Source: an uncultured Marinoscillum sp. (GTDB lineage Bacteria > Bacteroidota > Bacteroidia > Cytophagales > MED-G16). Taken from it: a DNA stretch of 64,000 bases. This document shows positions 14,883 through 24,699 of the stretch, one piece after another; positions within the stretch are counted from its first letter, which is position 1; each line of letters starts with the position of its first letter. Position numbers and translations under genes: made by a program. The stretch covers positions 62,501-126,500 of the forward strand of contig CAZKLB010000003.1 in assembly GCA_964553685.1 (NCBI GenBank), in the 5' to 3' direction. The notes beneath the pieces were generated by a model. That model was given only the letters and a program-made list of their open reading frames with translations, ran no database searches and had not been told where the DNA came from.

Positions 14883-16583
14883 ATGAACATTAACTTAGAA
14901 GTTGCAAATGGTGAGTCATTTGATGCAATAGTAGTGGGTACTGGAATGAGTGGTGGTTGGGCTGCAAAAGAATTGACTGAAAAAGGTCTCAAAACATTAG
15001 TTCTTGAGAGAGGAAGAGATGTTAAGCATGTTAAGGACTATCCTACAATGAATAAAAACTCTTGGGAATTACCTTACAGAGATCAACTGACTGCTAAGGA
15101 ACGAAAAGATTATTATGTTCAAATTAGGACTGGATACACAGTAAAACAATCAACTAAACACTGGTGGGTAAAAGATACTGAACAGCCATATAATGAAAAA
15201 AAAGGAAATTTTGATTGGATTAGAGGTTACCATGTTGGTGGTAGATCTTTACTTTGGGGGAGACAAGTCTATAGATGGAGTAAAATAGATTTTGAAGCAA
15301 ATGCAAAAGAAGGAATTTCTATAGATTGGCCAATTAGGTATAAAGACATTGAGAAATGGTATGACTACGTTGAAAATTTTATTGGAATAAGTGGAATGAA
15401 AGAGGGTTTATCTCAACTTCCAGATGGAAAATTTTTACCACCAATGGAGATGAATTGCGTAGAAAAAGATTTTAGAAATAACTTACTGAATAAGTTTGGT
15501 AGAACTTATACAATTGGTAGAGTAGCTCATACAACAATACCACATAACGGGAGGGGTGCATGCCAAGGTAGAAACCTTTGCATAAGAGGTTGCCCATATG
15601 GAGCATATTACAGTTCTAATTCTTCAACCCTACCAGCTGCTGAATCCACAGGTAATATGAAATTAAGACCAAACTCAATTGTTCATTCAATAATATATGA
15701 TGATAAAAAAAATAAAGCTGTTGGGGTAAGAGTTATTGATTCAGAAACCATGGAAATGAAAGAGTTTTATTCAAAAATTATTTTCTTGAATGCATCAACA
15801 GTAAACTCAACTTTAATTATGCTTAATTCTAAATCGAAAAGATTTCCAAATGGTTTCGGAAATGACTCTGGAGAGTTAGGCCATAATTTAATGGATCATC
15901 ATTTTAAGGCAGGGGCAAGAGCAAAAATGGATGGCTATGAAGACAGTTATTACTACGGTAATAGACCAAATGCTGGGTATCTGGCAAGATTTAGAAATCT
16001 TAAAAATAAAGAGATGAATTATCTTAGAGGATTTGGTTACCAAGGGGGTGCACGTAGAGATGGGTGGTTTAGAGCAGCCGAAGAAGGTTTTACAGGTCAA
16101 GATCTGATTGATATTGCGGTAAAACCTGGAGAGTGGAGTATGGGATTGAATGCATTTGGAGAAATACTACCCTACCATGATAATAAAATGTATTTGGACA
16201 ATAATACTTTAGATAAATGGGGGATGCCTACAGTAGTTTTTGAAACTGAAATAAAAGAAAATGAAAAAAAGATGAGAGAAGACATGAAAAATTCAGCAGC
16301 AGAAATGTTAGAGGCCTGCGGATTTAAAAATGTTAATCCATATGATAATTTTTACAGCATGGGTAATGGGATACATGAAATGGGTACTGCAAGAATGGGA
16401 AATGATCCAAAAACTTCAATTCTAAATAAATGGAATCAAGTCCATTCAGCTAAGAATGTTTTTGTAACTGATGGTTCTTGTATGACATCAGCGAGTTGTG
16501 TAAATCCCTCAATAACATATATGGCGTTAACTGCAAGAGCGGCAAATTATGCAGTAAGTGAACTTAATAAAAGAAATTTATAA
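14883..16583 (+). CDS. GMC family FAD oxidoreductase, catalytic subunit (gluconate 2-dehydrogenase / glycoside 3-dehydrogenase-like)
   Basis: FDAIVVGTGMSGGWAAKEL dinucleotide fold and a C-terminal GMC region (HEMGTARMG). I take the ATG at 14883 as the start because a -7 box overlaps the ORF-track TTG start at 14853. Confidence 0.85.
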   Translation: MNINLEVANGESFDAIVVGTGMSGGWAAKELTEKGLKTLVLERGRDVKHVKDYPTMNKNSWELPYRDQLTAKERKDYYVQIRTGYTVKQSTKHWWVKDTEQPYNEKKGNFDWIRGYHVGGRSLLWGRQVYRWSKIDFEANAKEGISIDWPIRYKDIEKWYDYVENFIGISGMKEGLSQLPDGKFLPPMEMNCVEKDFRNNLLNKFGRTYTIGRVAHTTIPHNGRGACQGRNLCIRGCPYGAYYSSNSSTLPAAESTGNMKLRPNSIVHSIIYDDKKNKAVGVRVIDSETMEMKEFYSKIIFLNASTVNSTLIMLNSKSKRFPNGFGNDSGELGHNLMDHHFKAGARAKMDGYEDSYYYGNRPNAGYLARFRNLKNKEMNYLRGFGYQGGARRDGWFRAAEEGFTGQDLIDIAVKPGEWSMGLNAFGEILPYHDNKMYLDNNTLDKWGMPTVVFETEIKENEKKMREDMKNSAAEMLEACGFKNVNPYDNFYSMGNGIHEMGTARMGNDPKTSILNKWNQVHSAKNVFVTDGSCMTSASCVNPSITYMALTARAANYAVSELNKRNL

Positions 16584-17155
16584 TGAAAAGAAGAGATTTA
16601 TTAAAAAGAATATCTTTATGTATATCAGGGTCGATTGTGTTACCAACCTCATCTATTTTACTAAAATCGTGTAGTAGTCCTGATAAAGAAATTAGTTGGA
16701 AACCAAAATTTTTTGAGAAAGATGAGGCATTTCTATTAAATGAAATTTCAAGTACAGTAATGCCAAATACAGAGTTTCCTGGTGCTATTGCAGTTGGAGT
16801 ACCTTCAGAAATTGAATCTTATATTTTCAATGTTTTAGATTCGGAGGATCTATTAGAATATAGAAGAAAAATGAAAGATTTTGATAATTATCTCAATGAT
16901 AATCCTGACTTTCCTGAATCATTTTATCAGTCAAATAAAGCTGAAAAGATTCAAATTCTAAATAATATTCAAAATGATAAAGAAAATAAATTCAGAAATT
17001 TCTATATGAAAATGAAATCCGATATCATTGTTACATATTTTAGATCTGAAGTAGGTGCTACAGAAATCCTTAAGTATAATGGTCCATCCGTTGTTCTTGG
17101 TAATTATAAAGGATGTGTTCCATTAGATGATATAGGTAAATCTTGGGCAATTTAA
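16583..17155 (+). CDS. gluconate 2-dehydrogenase subunit 3 family protein (TAT-signal small subunit)
   Basis: Twin-arginine N-terminus MKRRDLLKR. The gene is small and its start overlaps the GMC stop by 1 nt (TAATG). Confidence 0.75.
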   Translation: MKRRDLLKRISLCISGSIVLPTSSILLKSCSSPDKEISWKPKFFEKDEAFLLNEISSTVMPNTEFPGAIAVGVPSEIESYIFNVLDSEDLLEYRRKMKDFDNYLNDNPDFPESFYQSNKAEKIQILNNIQNDKENKFRNFYMKMKSDIIVTYFRSEVGATEILKYNGPSVVLGNYKGCVPLDDIGKSWAI

Positions 17156-17164
17156 TTTTTAATA

Positions 17165-18814
17165 ATGATCTCAAAACTAAATTCACCAGTTGATAATTTT
17201 GTAAAATGGGAAAAAAGTAAAGGGAATAGTACTTTTTTAATTCAACCTATACATGGTAAAAATCATGAATTTTCATGGGAAAGAGTTGGAATTGAAGCAA
17301 GAAAAATATGTAATTACATAAGGAGCCTCAAGCTTCCAAAAGAATCAAAGATTGCAATTCTATCAAAAAATTGTGCACATTGGATTATCACTGATTTAGC
17401 AATAATGATGAGTGGAAATATATCTGTCCCAATTTATGCTAATGTTACCGGTAAAACTGCAAAATATATCTTAGAACATAGTGAATCAAAATTATTGTTC
17501 GTAGGAAAATTAGAAGAAAATGACTGGAATCAAATTAAAAATTGTATTCCAAAAGAAATTTTAAAAGTAGATTTTGGTCATTATGATTTAAAATGTGATT
17601 TCATCAAATGGGATAGTTTGATCACAGAATTTAACCCTATAGAAAAAATTCACCCTATCAAATTAAATGACATTATTACAATAATATATACTTCAGGTAC
17701 CACTGGAGTACCAAAAGGTGTAGTATTAAATTATAAAGCAGCTGCTACAGCTACAAAAAACTTACATTTACTATTTCCTCTAAATGAAAATGATAGATTT
17801 ATTTCTTATTTACCACTTTCTCATATTGCTGAGAGAGCACTTGTTGAACATGGGGGTATACTATCTGGTGGAAAAATTTTTTTTGTTGAAACACTAGAAA
17901 CATTTGTTAAAAATTTAAAAGATTGTAAGCCAACTATTTTTTTTGGTGTTCCGAGAATTTATACAAAATTTATGACAAAAATCTTATCTATTTTTCCACA
18001 GCATATAATAAATTTTATAATGGGGACACCTTTACTCAACAATATTTTTTCTTTTATAATAAGAAAGTCATTAGGGTTAAATAAAAGTAGAATTTGTATT
18101 ACTGGAGCAGCATCAATTCCTATTTCAACCCTAAAATGGTTTGATAGATTTAAAATAAAAATATATGAAGCATATGGGATGTCTGAGAACTCTGCTTGCT
18201 CACACGGAAATTATCCTAATAATATAAAGTTTGGTACTGTCGGGAAAGCAATGCCAGATACAGATATTAAAATAACTGATCAGGGAGAAATAATCATGAA
18301 AAATGATTGTATTATGCAAGGATATTTCAAAGAAAAAAAGATGACTAGTGAAACAATCAAAAACGGATATTTACATACCGGAGATAAAGGGATTATTGAT
18401 AATGAAGGTTACCTCACAATTACTGGTAGAATAAAAGATATTTTCAAAACAGCCAAAGGAAAATATGTAGCACCAAATCCTATTGAAATGAAACTCAGTA
18501 AAAATAGTTTCATAGAGCAAGTGTGTGTTGTTGGTGAAAATTTAACACAACCAATTGCATTAGTCATACTTGGTGAAGGAAAAAAAATAGCTTCTGAGAT
18601 TAAAAATAGTTTCGAGGAATTAATGAATTCAATAAATAACCAACTTGAAAAACACGAAAGAATTAAAAAAATTGTAATCCTAAAGGATACATGGTCTACA
18701 GAAAATAATTTTCTTACTCCAACTTTAAAAATTAAAAGAAATATTATTGATGAAAAATATAAAAAGTTTTATGAAGCCTGGTTTGATTCAGAAAATAAAA
18801 TAGTATTTCAATAA
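17165..18814 (+). CDS. AMP-dependent synthetase/ligase (long-chain acyl-CoA synthetase-like)
   Basis: YTSGTTGVPKGV AMP-binding motif, plus GDKG...GYLTITGRIKD. Confidence 0.85.
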   Translation: MISKLNSPVDNFVKWEKSKGNSTFLIQPIHGKNHEFSWERVGIEARKICNYIRSLKLPKESKIAILSKNCAHWIITDLAIMMSGNISVPIYANVTGKTAKYILEHSESKLLFVGKLEENDWNQIKNCIPKEILKVDFGHYDLKCDFIKWDSLITEFNPIEKIHPIKLNDIITIIYTSGTTGVPKGVVLNYKAAATATKNLHLLFPLNENDRFISYLPLSHIAERALVEHGGILSGGKIFFVETLETFVKNLKDCKPTIFFGVPRIYTKFMTKILSIFPQHIINFIMGTPLLNNIFSFIIRKSLGLNKSRICITGAASIPISTLKWFDRFKIKIYEAYGMSENSACSHGNYPNNIKFGTVGKAMPDTDIKITDQGEIIMKNDCIMQGYFKEKKMTSETIKNGYLHTGDKGIIDNEGYLTITGRIKDIFKTAKGKYVAPNPIEMKLSKNSFIEQVCVVGENLTQPIALVILGEGKKIASEIKNSFEELMNSINNQLEKHERIKKIVILKDTWSTENNFLTPTLKIKRNIIDEKYKKFYEAWFDSENKIVFQ

Positions 18815-18816
18815 AA

Positions 18817-19770
18817 TTATTTTTTTAATCCAATATATGGATTGTATCCATTCATTTTTTTTTGATAAAAGCCTGTTCCATCAAATTCTCTTACATCACC
18901 ATTTTCTAAACAATCTTTAGAACAACAACCTTTATATTTTTTTGCTCCATTTTCACTAAGTGGAAAATGTTTATTACATAAAACATTTGCACAGTTCACC
19001 ATTTTATCAGTTTTCTCTCCTGTCACATAACACTTTCCAATAACTTCAGGATTAACTTTATTTACATCTTTAACTATTCTATCATCAAAAACATAACATT
19101 TACCTTCAAAATTTTCTCCTCCTTCCTCAATCCCATACTTTATAATTCCTCCATGAAGTTGGTAAACATTTTCAAAACCATTCTCTTTTAAAAAGCCACT
19201 TGCCTTTTCACACTTTACACCACCTGTGCAGTATGTGATTATCTTATTTTTTTTCTTTATTTTTTTCTTTATTTCATTGATTTTATTAGGAAATTCTCTG
19301 AAGTTATCAATATCTAAGGTCATGGCATCTTTGAACTTACCTATATTATGCTCATAGTTGGATCTAACATCTAAAATAGTAACGTCTTCAGGTTTATTAT
19401 TTATAATTTTTTTGAAATCTGAAGGATTTATATACTTACCTTTATTATGTAATATTCTTTTCTTAACTATTCCTGAATTTACAATTTCATTTTTTATTCT
19501 AACATTAATTTTTTTAAAAGCATTTTTATGATAAGGCTCTACTTTAAAATCAATATCTGAAAAAATTTTTTTGCTAATTAGTTCTTTTTTGTAGTTATCA
19601 CAATCTTTAATTAGGCCTGAAACAGTTCCATTAATACCCTCTTTTGAAATAATAATCCTGCCTTTAATATTATTATTAATACAAAATAAGTGATGATCAC
19701 TCTTAAATTTATTAGGATTTAATATTTTAGCGTAGGAATAAAAAAGTAAAATTTGATAATCTTTTTTCAC
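18817..19770 (-). CDS. trhO: rhodanese-domain tRNA uridine(34) hydroxylase (UPF0176/YceA family)
   Basis: N-terminal LLFYSY...GRIIISKEGINGTVSG, the rhodanese CTGGVKCE active loop, and a Cys-rich C-terminus. Confidence 0.8.
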   Translation of the reverse strand: MKKDYQILLFYSYAKILNPNKFKSDHHLFCINNNIKGRIIISKEGINGTVSGLIKDCDNYKKELISKKIFSDIDFKVEPYHKNAFKKINVRIKNEIVNSGIVKKRILHNKGKYINPSDFKKIINNKPEDVTILDVRSNYEHNIGKFKDAMTLDIDNFREFPNKINEIKKKIKKKNKIITYCTGGVKCEKASGFLKENGFENVYQLHGGIIKYGIEEGGENFEGKCYVFDDRIVKDVNKVNPEVIGKCYVTGEKTDKMVNCANVLCNKHFPLSENGAKKYKGCCSKDCLENGDVREFDGTGFYQKKMNGYNPYIGLKK

Positions 19771-20588
19771 ACTAAACCTTTTTGAATAAGAAGTGATTCC
19801 ATCTCGATTTTATATTCTAAAGCTTTTTTTCTTACCTGATCTTCAAATATTTCTGAAGAATCAGAGTATATTATGTCCCTAGAAACGTTTACCAGTATAC
19901 CACAATTTTCATTCATTGTATTTAAGCTAATATCTTTTAATTTACCACCTTGAGTACCTACACCTGGTATTAAAATAAAGCTGTTTGGTATAATATCTCT
20001 AATTTTTTTTAACTCTGAAACTCTATTGGCACCAACTACATACATGGTATTTTCTTGACTTGACCACTCTAATGAATCTTCTATTACATGTTCAAAGAGA
20101 TTTTTTTGATTTGAATTTTTAAAATGTTGAATATCAATAGAACTGTTATTAGATGTTAAAGCTAATAGAATTATCCATTTATCTTCATACTCAAGATATG
20201 GAATTGAAGAATCTTTACCCATATAAGGTGAAAGAGTGACTGCATCAAATTTAAATGTTTCAAAAAAGCTTTTAGCATACATATTAGATGTATTCCCAAT
20301 ATCGCCTCTTTTTGCATCAGCTATTTTTAGTATATTTTCAGGAATATAGTCTACTGTTTTTAACAATGAATCAATGCCCTTTGAACCGAGAGATTCATAA
20401 AAAGCTAAATTTGGTTTATATGCTACTACTAAATCATTAGTTGAATCGATTATTCTTTTATTAAATTCAAATATTGGATCTTCGAAATCAAGTAATGATT
20501 TAGGAATTTTATTAATATCTGTGTCTAAACCAATACATAAATAAGATTTTTTCTTCCTAATCTCACTTACAATGTTTGCATAATTCAT
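19767..20588 (-). CDS. pyrF: orotidine-5'-phosphate decarboxylase (type 2)
   Basis: LCIGLDTD, KPNLAFYE and ADAKRGDIGNT motifs. Confidence 0.85.
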   Translation of the reverse strand: MNYANIVSEIRKKKSYLCIGLDTDINKIPKSLLDFEDPIFEFNKRIIDSTNDLVVAYKPNLAFYESLGSKGIDSLLKTVDYIPENILKIADAKRGDIGNTSNMYAKSFFETFKFDAVTLSPYMGKDSSIPYLEYEDKWIILLALTSNNSSIDIQHFKNSNQKNLFEHVIEDSLEWSSQENTMYVVGANRVSELKKIRDIIPNSFILIPGVGTQGGKLKDISLNTMNENCGILVNVSRDIIYSDSSEIFEDQVRKKALEYKIEMESLLIQKGLV

Positions 20589-20589
20589 C

Positions 20590-21213
20590 CTATCTAAAAT
20601 CTATTACCTCTATACCTGGATAATTTTTTTCGATAAATGTGAATAGAGATAGATCAAGATCTTCTTCTATAAAATTATTAATTGTGTATATGAAAAGTGT
20701 ATTCGATTTATCAAAAACAGTAAAACTTTCTAGTAAGTTTGACTTATTAATTTTAAATAGAATTTTAAAATAAGATTTTTCATCACTATCTGGGTATATC
20801 TCTATATTTAATAAGTCATCCTTTTCTCCAATATTCTTATGAGTAAAACCTTCTTTATATATTTCAAAAATATTATTCAATGAGATTTCTTGCTCGGTTG
20901 GATCAAATTCAGATATCGTAACCTCATTTAAGTCCTCAAGATAAGTCCAAACTGTTTTCGAATCGTTAATTATTTTCTGCCCCTCGATAAATAAAATATA
21001 TTTTTCATCTTTAACCGAAATTGTTCCTTCGAAAGAGTCTGTAATATTTTCTGATAAATTGTTCATTGAATATGTAAATGAGGATGTGAATCCATTCATT
21101 TTTTTATATTTATCACTCATCTGATTCAGAACTTCTAAAGCATCTCTTGTGTCCTGAGACATAATATTAAGATGAATAACTAAATTCAATAAAAAAGTTA
21201 AAAAATACTTCAT
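20590..21213 (-). CDS. LolA-like outer-membrane lipoprotein carrier family protein
   Basis: Signal peptide, appropriate size, and the position directly downstream of ftsK, which is a conserved ftsK-lolA linkage. Confidence 0.65.
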   Translation of the reverse strand: MKYFLTFLLNLVIHLNIMSQDTRDALEVLNQMSDKYKKMNGFTSSFTYSMNNLSENITDSFEGTISVKDEKYILFIEGQKIINDSKTVWTYLEDLNEVTISEFDPTEQEISLNNIFEIYKEGFTHKNIGEKDDLLNIEIYPDSDEKSYFKILFKINKSNLLESFTVFDKSNTLFIYTINNFIEEDLDLSLFTFIEKNYPGIEVIDFR

Positions 21214-21232
21214 ACCTTTAATTTACGAAAAG

Positions 21233-23620
21233 TTAGTCTAAATCGTTAAGTAATTTTTCTAAACTATACTCATCTTGAATTAGCACCTGCCTTGGCTTAC
21301 TACCTTCTGAGGGACCTACAATACCTGCAACTTCTAATTGATCAGTCAATCTACCAGCTCTGTTATATCCAAGCTTAAGCTTTCTTTGTAATAAAGAAGT
21401 ACTTCCAGTTTGAGATGAAACAATTAGTCTAGCGGCATCTTCAAATAAAGGATCTCTATCCGATAAATCAATATCAACAATTTGCTTTTCATTTTCATCT
21501 ATAAATTCAGGCAGTAGATAAGCAGAAACGTAGCCTCTTTGTTCTCCAATAAAATCACAAATACTTTCAATTTCTGGCGTATCAACAAATGGACATTGAA
21601 GCCTAATTATATCAGACCCAGATGTAAAAAGCATATCTCCCATACCAACAAGTTGTTCAGCTCCCTTAGAGTCTAATATGGTTCTTGAATCCATATTAGA
21701 TGTAACTTTAAAAGAAATTCTAGTAGGAAAATTTGCCTTAATAACACCTGTAATTACATTAACAGATGGTCTCTGAGTGGCAACAATCAAATGAATACCA
21801 ATAGCTCTTGCTAATTGAGCTAATCTTGCAATAGGATTTTCTATTTCCTTTCCTGCAGTCATCATAAGATCTGCTAATTCATCAATAACTAATACAATGT
21901 AAGGCAAATACCTATGTCCCTCATTTGGATTAAGCTTTCTATTAATAAACTTTTTATTATACTCCTTTAAATTTCTAGCTTGAGCATCCTTCAATAAATT
22001 ATACCTAACATCCATCTCTGTGCAGAGTGAATTAAGAGTATGAACTACTTTCTTAGTTTCTGTTATAATAGCTTCCTCAGCATCCGGTAATTTAGCGAGA
22101 AAATGTCTTTCTATTTTATTAAATAAAGAAAGCTCAACTTTTTTTGGATCTATTAAAACAAATTTTAATATAGAGGGATGTTTTTTATATAAAAGTGATG
22201 CTAACATGACGTTTAAACCTACTGACTTTCCTTGACCTGTTGCTCCAGCAACAAGAATATGTGGCATTTTTGTTAAGTCTGCAAGTAGTACCTCATTTGA
22301 TATTGTTTTACCTAAGATCAGGGGCAATTCATAATTACTTTTAATGAATTTTTCTGTCTTCATAACAGAACGTAAACTCACAACCTCTCTATTCTTATTA
22401 GGCACTTCAATTCCTATTGTCCCTTTTCCAGGAATAGGAGCAATAATCCTTATTCCAAGTGCTGATAGACTTAATGCTATATCATCTTCTAGATTTTTTA
22501 TTTTTGAAATCTTTATTCCTGCCTGAGGTATTATCTCGTAAAGAGTTACCGTTGGTCCAATAGTAGCTTTCATGCTAGCAATTTCTATCTTAAAGTTTCT
22601 TAAAGTTTCTTTAATCTTCTCCTGATTTGATATAAGTTCCTCTTTACTTACTTGAATTTTCTTCTTATCAGACTCTTTTAAAAGATCAATTTTAGGGTAT
22701 TTGTAATTAGATAAATCTAATTCTGGGTCATAAACTTTACTTGTTAAAGACTTTGCAGTTTTTTCATCTATAGTTTTCTCAACCTTTAATTCTAAATCTT
22801 TTTCTTCTTCTTGATTTTTATTTATTGGTTTTTCAACATTTTCTTTTTTAATAAATGAGTCGTCACTTTTAATCTTATCTTCATCTATATTTTGTTCTTC
22901 TTCATCAAAATCTTCCTTATCATCCACCTCATCCACCTCATCCACCTCATCCACCTCATCCACCTCATCCACCTCATCTTCAATAAAATTATCATTAGAG
23001 CTATCTTGATCTGATAAATTTTTCTTTTTAAAAGAAAACAGATTAAAGTTATAAACATTAAAATAGAAAACTACAAAAAGAAATAATGCGAGAAGGAGAA
23101 TTATGATTGAAGAATAACCCAATAAATTTTGAAAAAATAAAGATAAATTAAATCCTACCCCTCCAGTATAGTTATTTAAAAAAATATTATCCGGAAATAT
23201 TATTAGAAAAAAACCCAACATGGATGATATCCAAATAATACCAAAAATAGATAGGATAAAAATCCTAGAAATTGAATATAGTTTTTTTCTAAAAAGTAAT
23301 CTTATTGATAATATAAATAGAAAAGGTACAACTAGAAATGAAGATATACCAAATGTTTTAAAAACAAGATAATGGGATAAGAATGCCCCAAATACCCCCA
23401 GCCAATTTTTTGATTCTTCACTTAATGTTGAAAAAGAAACAGAAGAATTCACTAGACTTTGATCTTCCTGACCTGTAAAAATATATGAGGTCAATGAGAA
23501 GAATGTTATTATTGAGAGTGCAAAAGTAATCCCACCTACAGCAAGTTTTAACTTATCTAAAAAAGACTTTTTATTATCCTCATCTTCATAATAATCAGTA
23601 TTAAAGGAACTATCTACCAT
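21233..23620 (-). CDS. ftsK: DNA translocase FtsK
   Basis: N-terminal TM helices, an acidic linker, Walker A VAGATGQGKSV, and the C-terminal gamma domain LLQRKLKLGYNRAGRL. Confidence 0.93.
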   Translation of the reverse strand: MVDSSFNTDYYEDEDNKKSFLDKLKLAVGGITFALSIITFFSLTSYIFTGQEDQSLVNSSVSFSTLSEESKNWLGVFGAFLSHYLVFKTFGISSFLVVPFLFILSIRLLFRKKLYSISRIFILSIFGIIWISSMLGFFLIIFPDNIFLNNYTGGVGFNLSLFFQNLLGYSSIIILLLALFLFVVFYFNVYNFNLFSFKKKNLSDQDSSNDNFIEDEVDEVDEVDEVDEVDEVDDKEDFDEEEQNIDEDKIKSDDSFIKKENVEKPINKNQEEEKDLELKVEKTIDEKTAKSLTSKVYDPELDLSNYKYPKIDLLKESDKKKIQVSKEELISNQEKIKETLRNFKIEIASMKATIGPTVTLYEIIPQAGIKISKIKNLEDDIALSLSALGIRIIAPIPGKGTIGIEVPNKNREVVSLRSVMKTEKFIKSNYELPLILGKTISNEVLLADLTKMPHILVAGATGQGKSVGLNVMLASLLYKKHPSILKFVLIDPKKVELSLFNKIERHFLAKLPDAEEAIITETKKVVHTLNSLCTEMDVRYNLLKDAQARNLKEYNKKFINRKLNPNEGHRYLPYIVLVIDELADLMMTAGKEIENPIARLAQLARAIGIHLIVATQRPSVNVITGVIKANFPTRISFKVTSNMDSRTILDSKGAEQLVGMGDMLFTSGSDIIRLQCPFVDTPEIESICDFIGEQRGYVSAYLLPEFIDENEKQIVDIDLSDRDPLFEDAARLIVSSQTGSTSLLQRKLKLGYNRAGRLTDQLEVAGIVGPSEGSKPRQVLIQDEYSLEKLLNDLD
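22921..22978. repeat. perfect 9-bp tandem repeat (CATCCACCT x6 plus a partial copy) inside the ftsK linker, encoding (DEV)n
   Basis: Read directly as catccacct repeated. It translates on the minus strand as EDEVDEVDEVDEVDEVDEVDD. Confidence 0.9.
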
Positions 23621-23625
23621 TTACT

Positions 23626-23633
23626 CAAATTTA
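23626..23633 (-). promoter_or_regulatory. candidate -7 box TAAATTTG immediately upstream of ftsK
   Basis: The minus strand reads TAAATTTG AGTAA ATG. Confidence 0.35.
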
Positions 23634-23652
23634 ATCATAGTATATGAAAATT

Positions 23653-24678
23653 CTAGGATTTTAAAATTGATTTAATAATTCTTTTTACCATTGAAGGCCC
23701 CTCATATATCCAACCAGTGTATACTTGAACAATATCTGCACCTGCATTTACTTTATCTTTAAAATCAATGAAATTAAAAACTCCTCCAACTCCAATTATT
23801 TTTATTTTTCCATTGGAAATGCTTTTAATATATTTAATCATATTATCAGATTTATTTTTTAAAGGCCTACCACTCAAACCACCCTCCTCACTAGCATTTA
23901 CAGTGTCAATCTTTTTAAGATTATCTCTAGAAATAGTTGTATTTGTAACTATAATCCCGTCAATTTTATTTGATAAACAGACTTCTACAATATCTCTAAC
24001 CTGATCTTTAGATAAGTCGGGTGAAATTTTTAGTAGGACAGGTACTAATTTTTCTTTTTTATTCTCAGACTGAATTGATTTTAATATAGCTGATATTTTA
24101 GATTTCTCTTGTAAATCTCTAAGATTTGGAGTGTTAGGCGAACTTACATTAATAACAAAATAGTTTACAAAATTTCTTAATTTAATAAAACAATGTAGAT
24201 AATCATTGATGGCTTCTTCGTTTGGAGTGTTTTTGTTTTTACCAATATTTGCACCTATAATCATTGATCCCTTATATGACTTTAATCTTTCTAAAATTTT
24301 ATCAACTCCTTCATTATTAAAACCCATTCTATTAATTAGAGCCTCGTTAGATTGAAGTCTAAATAATCTAGGCGAGGGGTTACCAGATTGTGGTTTTGGA
24401 GTAATTGTACCAACCTCAACATGACCAAAACCAAACAGTTCAATTTCATTTAAAATCTCTGCGTTCTTATCAAATCCTGCAGCAAGACCAATTCTATTTT
24501 TAAATTTCAAATTAAATAGATTGTATTCTAATTTTTTATTGTCAAAAGAAAATAGAGATTTAATGATTTCTTTTAGGAATGGGATATTACAAATAAATTT
24601 TATTAGTGAAAATGAAATATTATGTATTGACTCGGGATTGAATAAGAAAAAAAATGGTCTTATTAATAATTTATACAT
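23653..24678 (-). CDS. pyrD: quinone-dependent dihydroorotate dehydrogenase (class 2)
   Basis: N-terminal membrane-association helix, then GLAAGFDKN, GFGHVEVGTITP and NVSSPNTPNLR motifs. Confidence 0.9.
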   Translation of the reverse strand: MYKLLIRPFFFLFNPESIHNISFSLIKFICNIPFLKEIIKSLFSFDNKKLEYNLFNLKFKNRIGLAAGFDKNAEILNEIELFGFGHVEVGTITPKPQSGNPSPRLFRLQSNEALINRMGFNNEGVDKILERLKSYKGSMIIGANIGKNKNTPNEEAINDYLHCFIKLRNFVNYFVINVSSPNTPNLRDLQEKSKISAILKSIQSENKKEKLVPVLLKISPDLSKDQVRDIVEVCLSNKIDGIIVTNTTISRDNLKKIDTVNASEEGGLSGRPLKNKSDNMIKYIKSISNGKIKIIGVGGVFNFIDFKDKVNAGADIVQVYTGWIYEGPSMVKRIIKSILKS

Positions 24679-24682
24679 TCCG

Positions 24683-24690
24683 CAAATATA
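24683..24690 (-). promoter_or_regulatory. candidate -7 box TATATTTG immediately upstream of pyrD
   Basis: The minus strand reads TATATTTG CGGA ATG. Confidence 0.35.
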
Positions 24691-24699
24691 AGAATTGTA

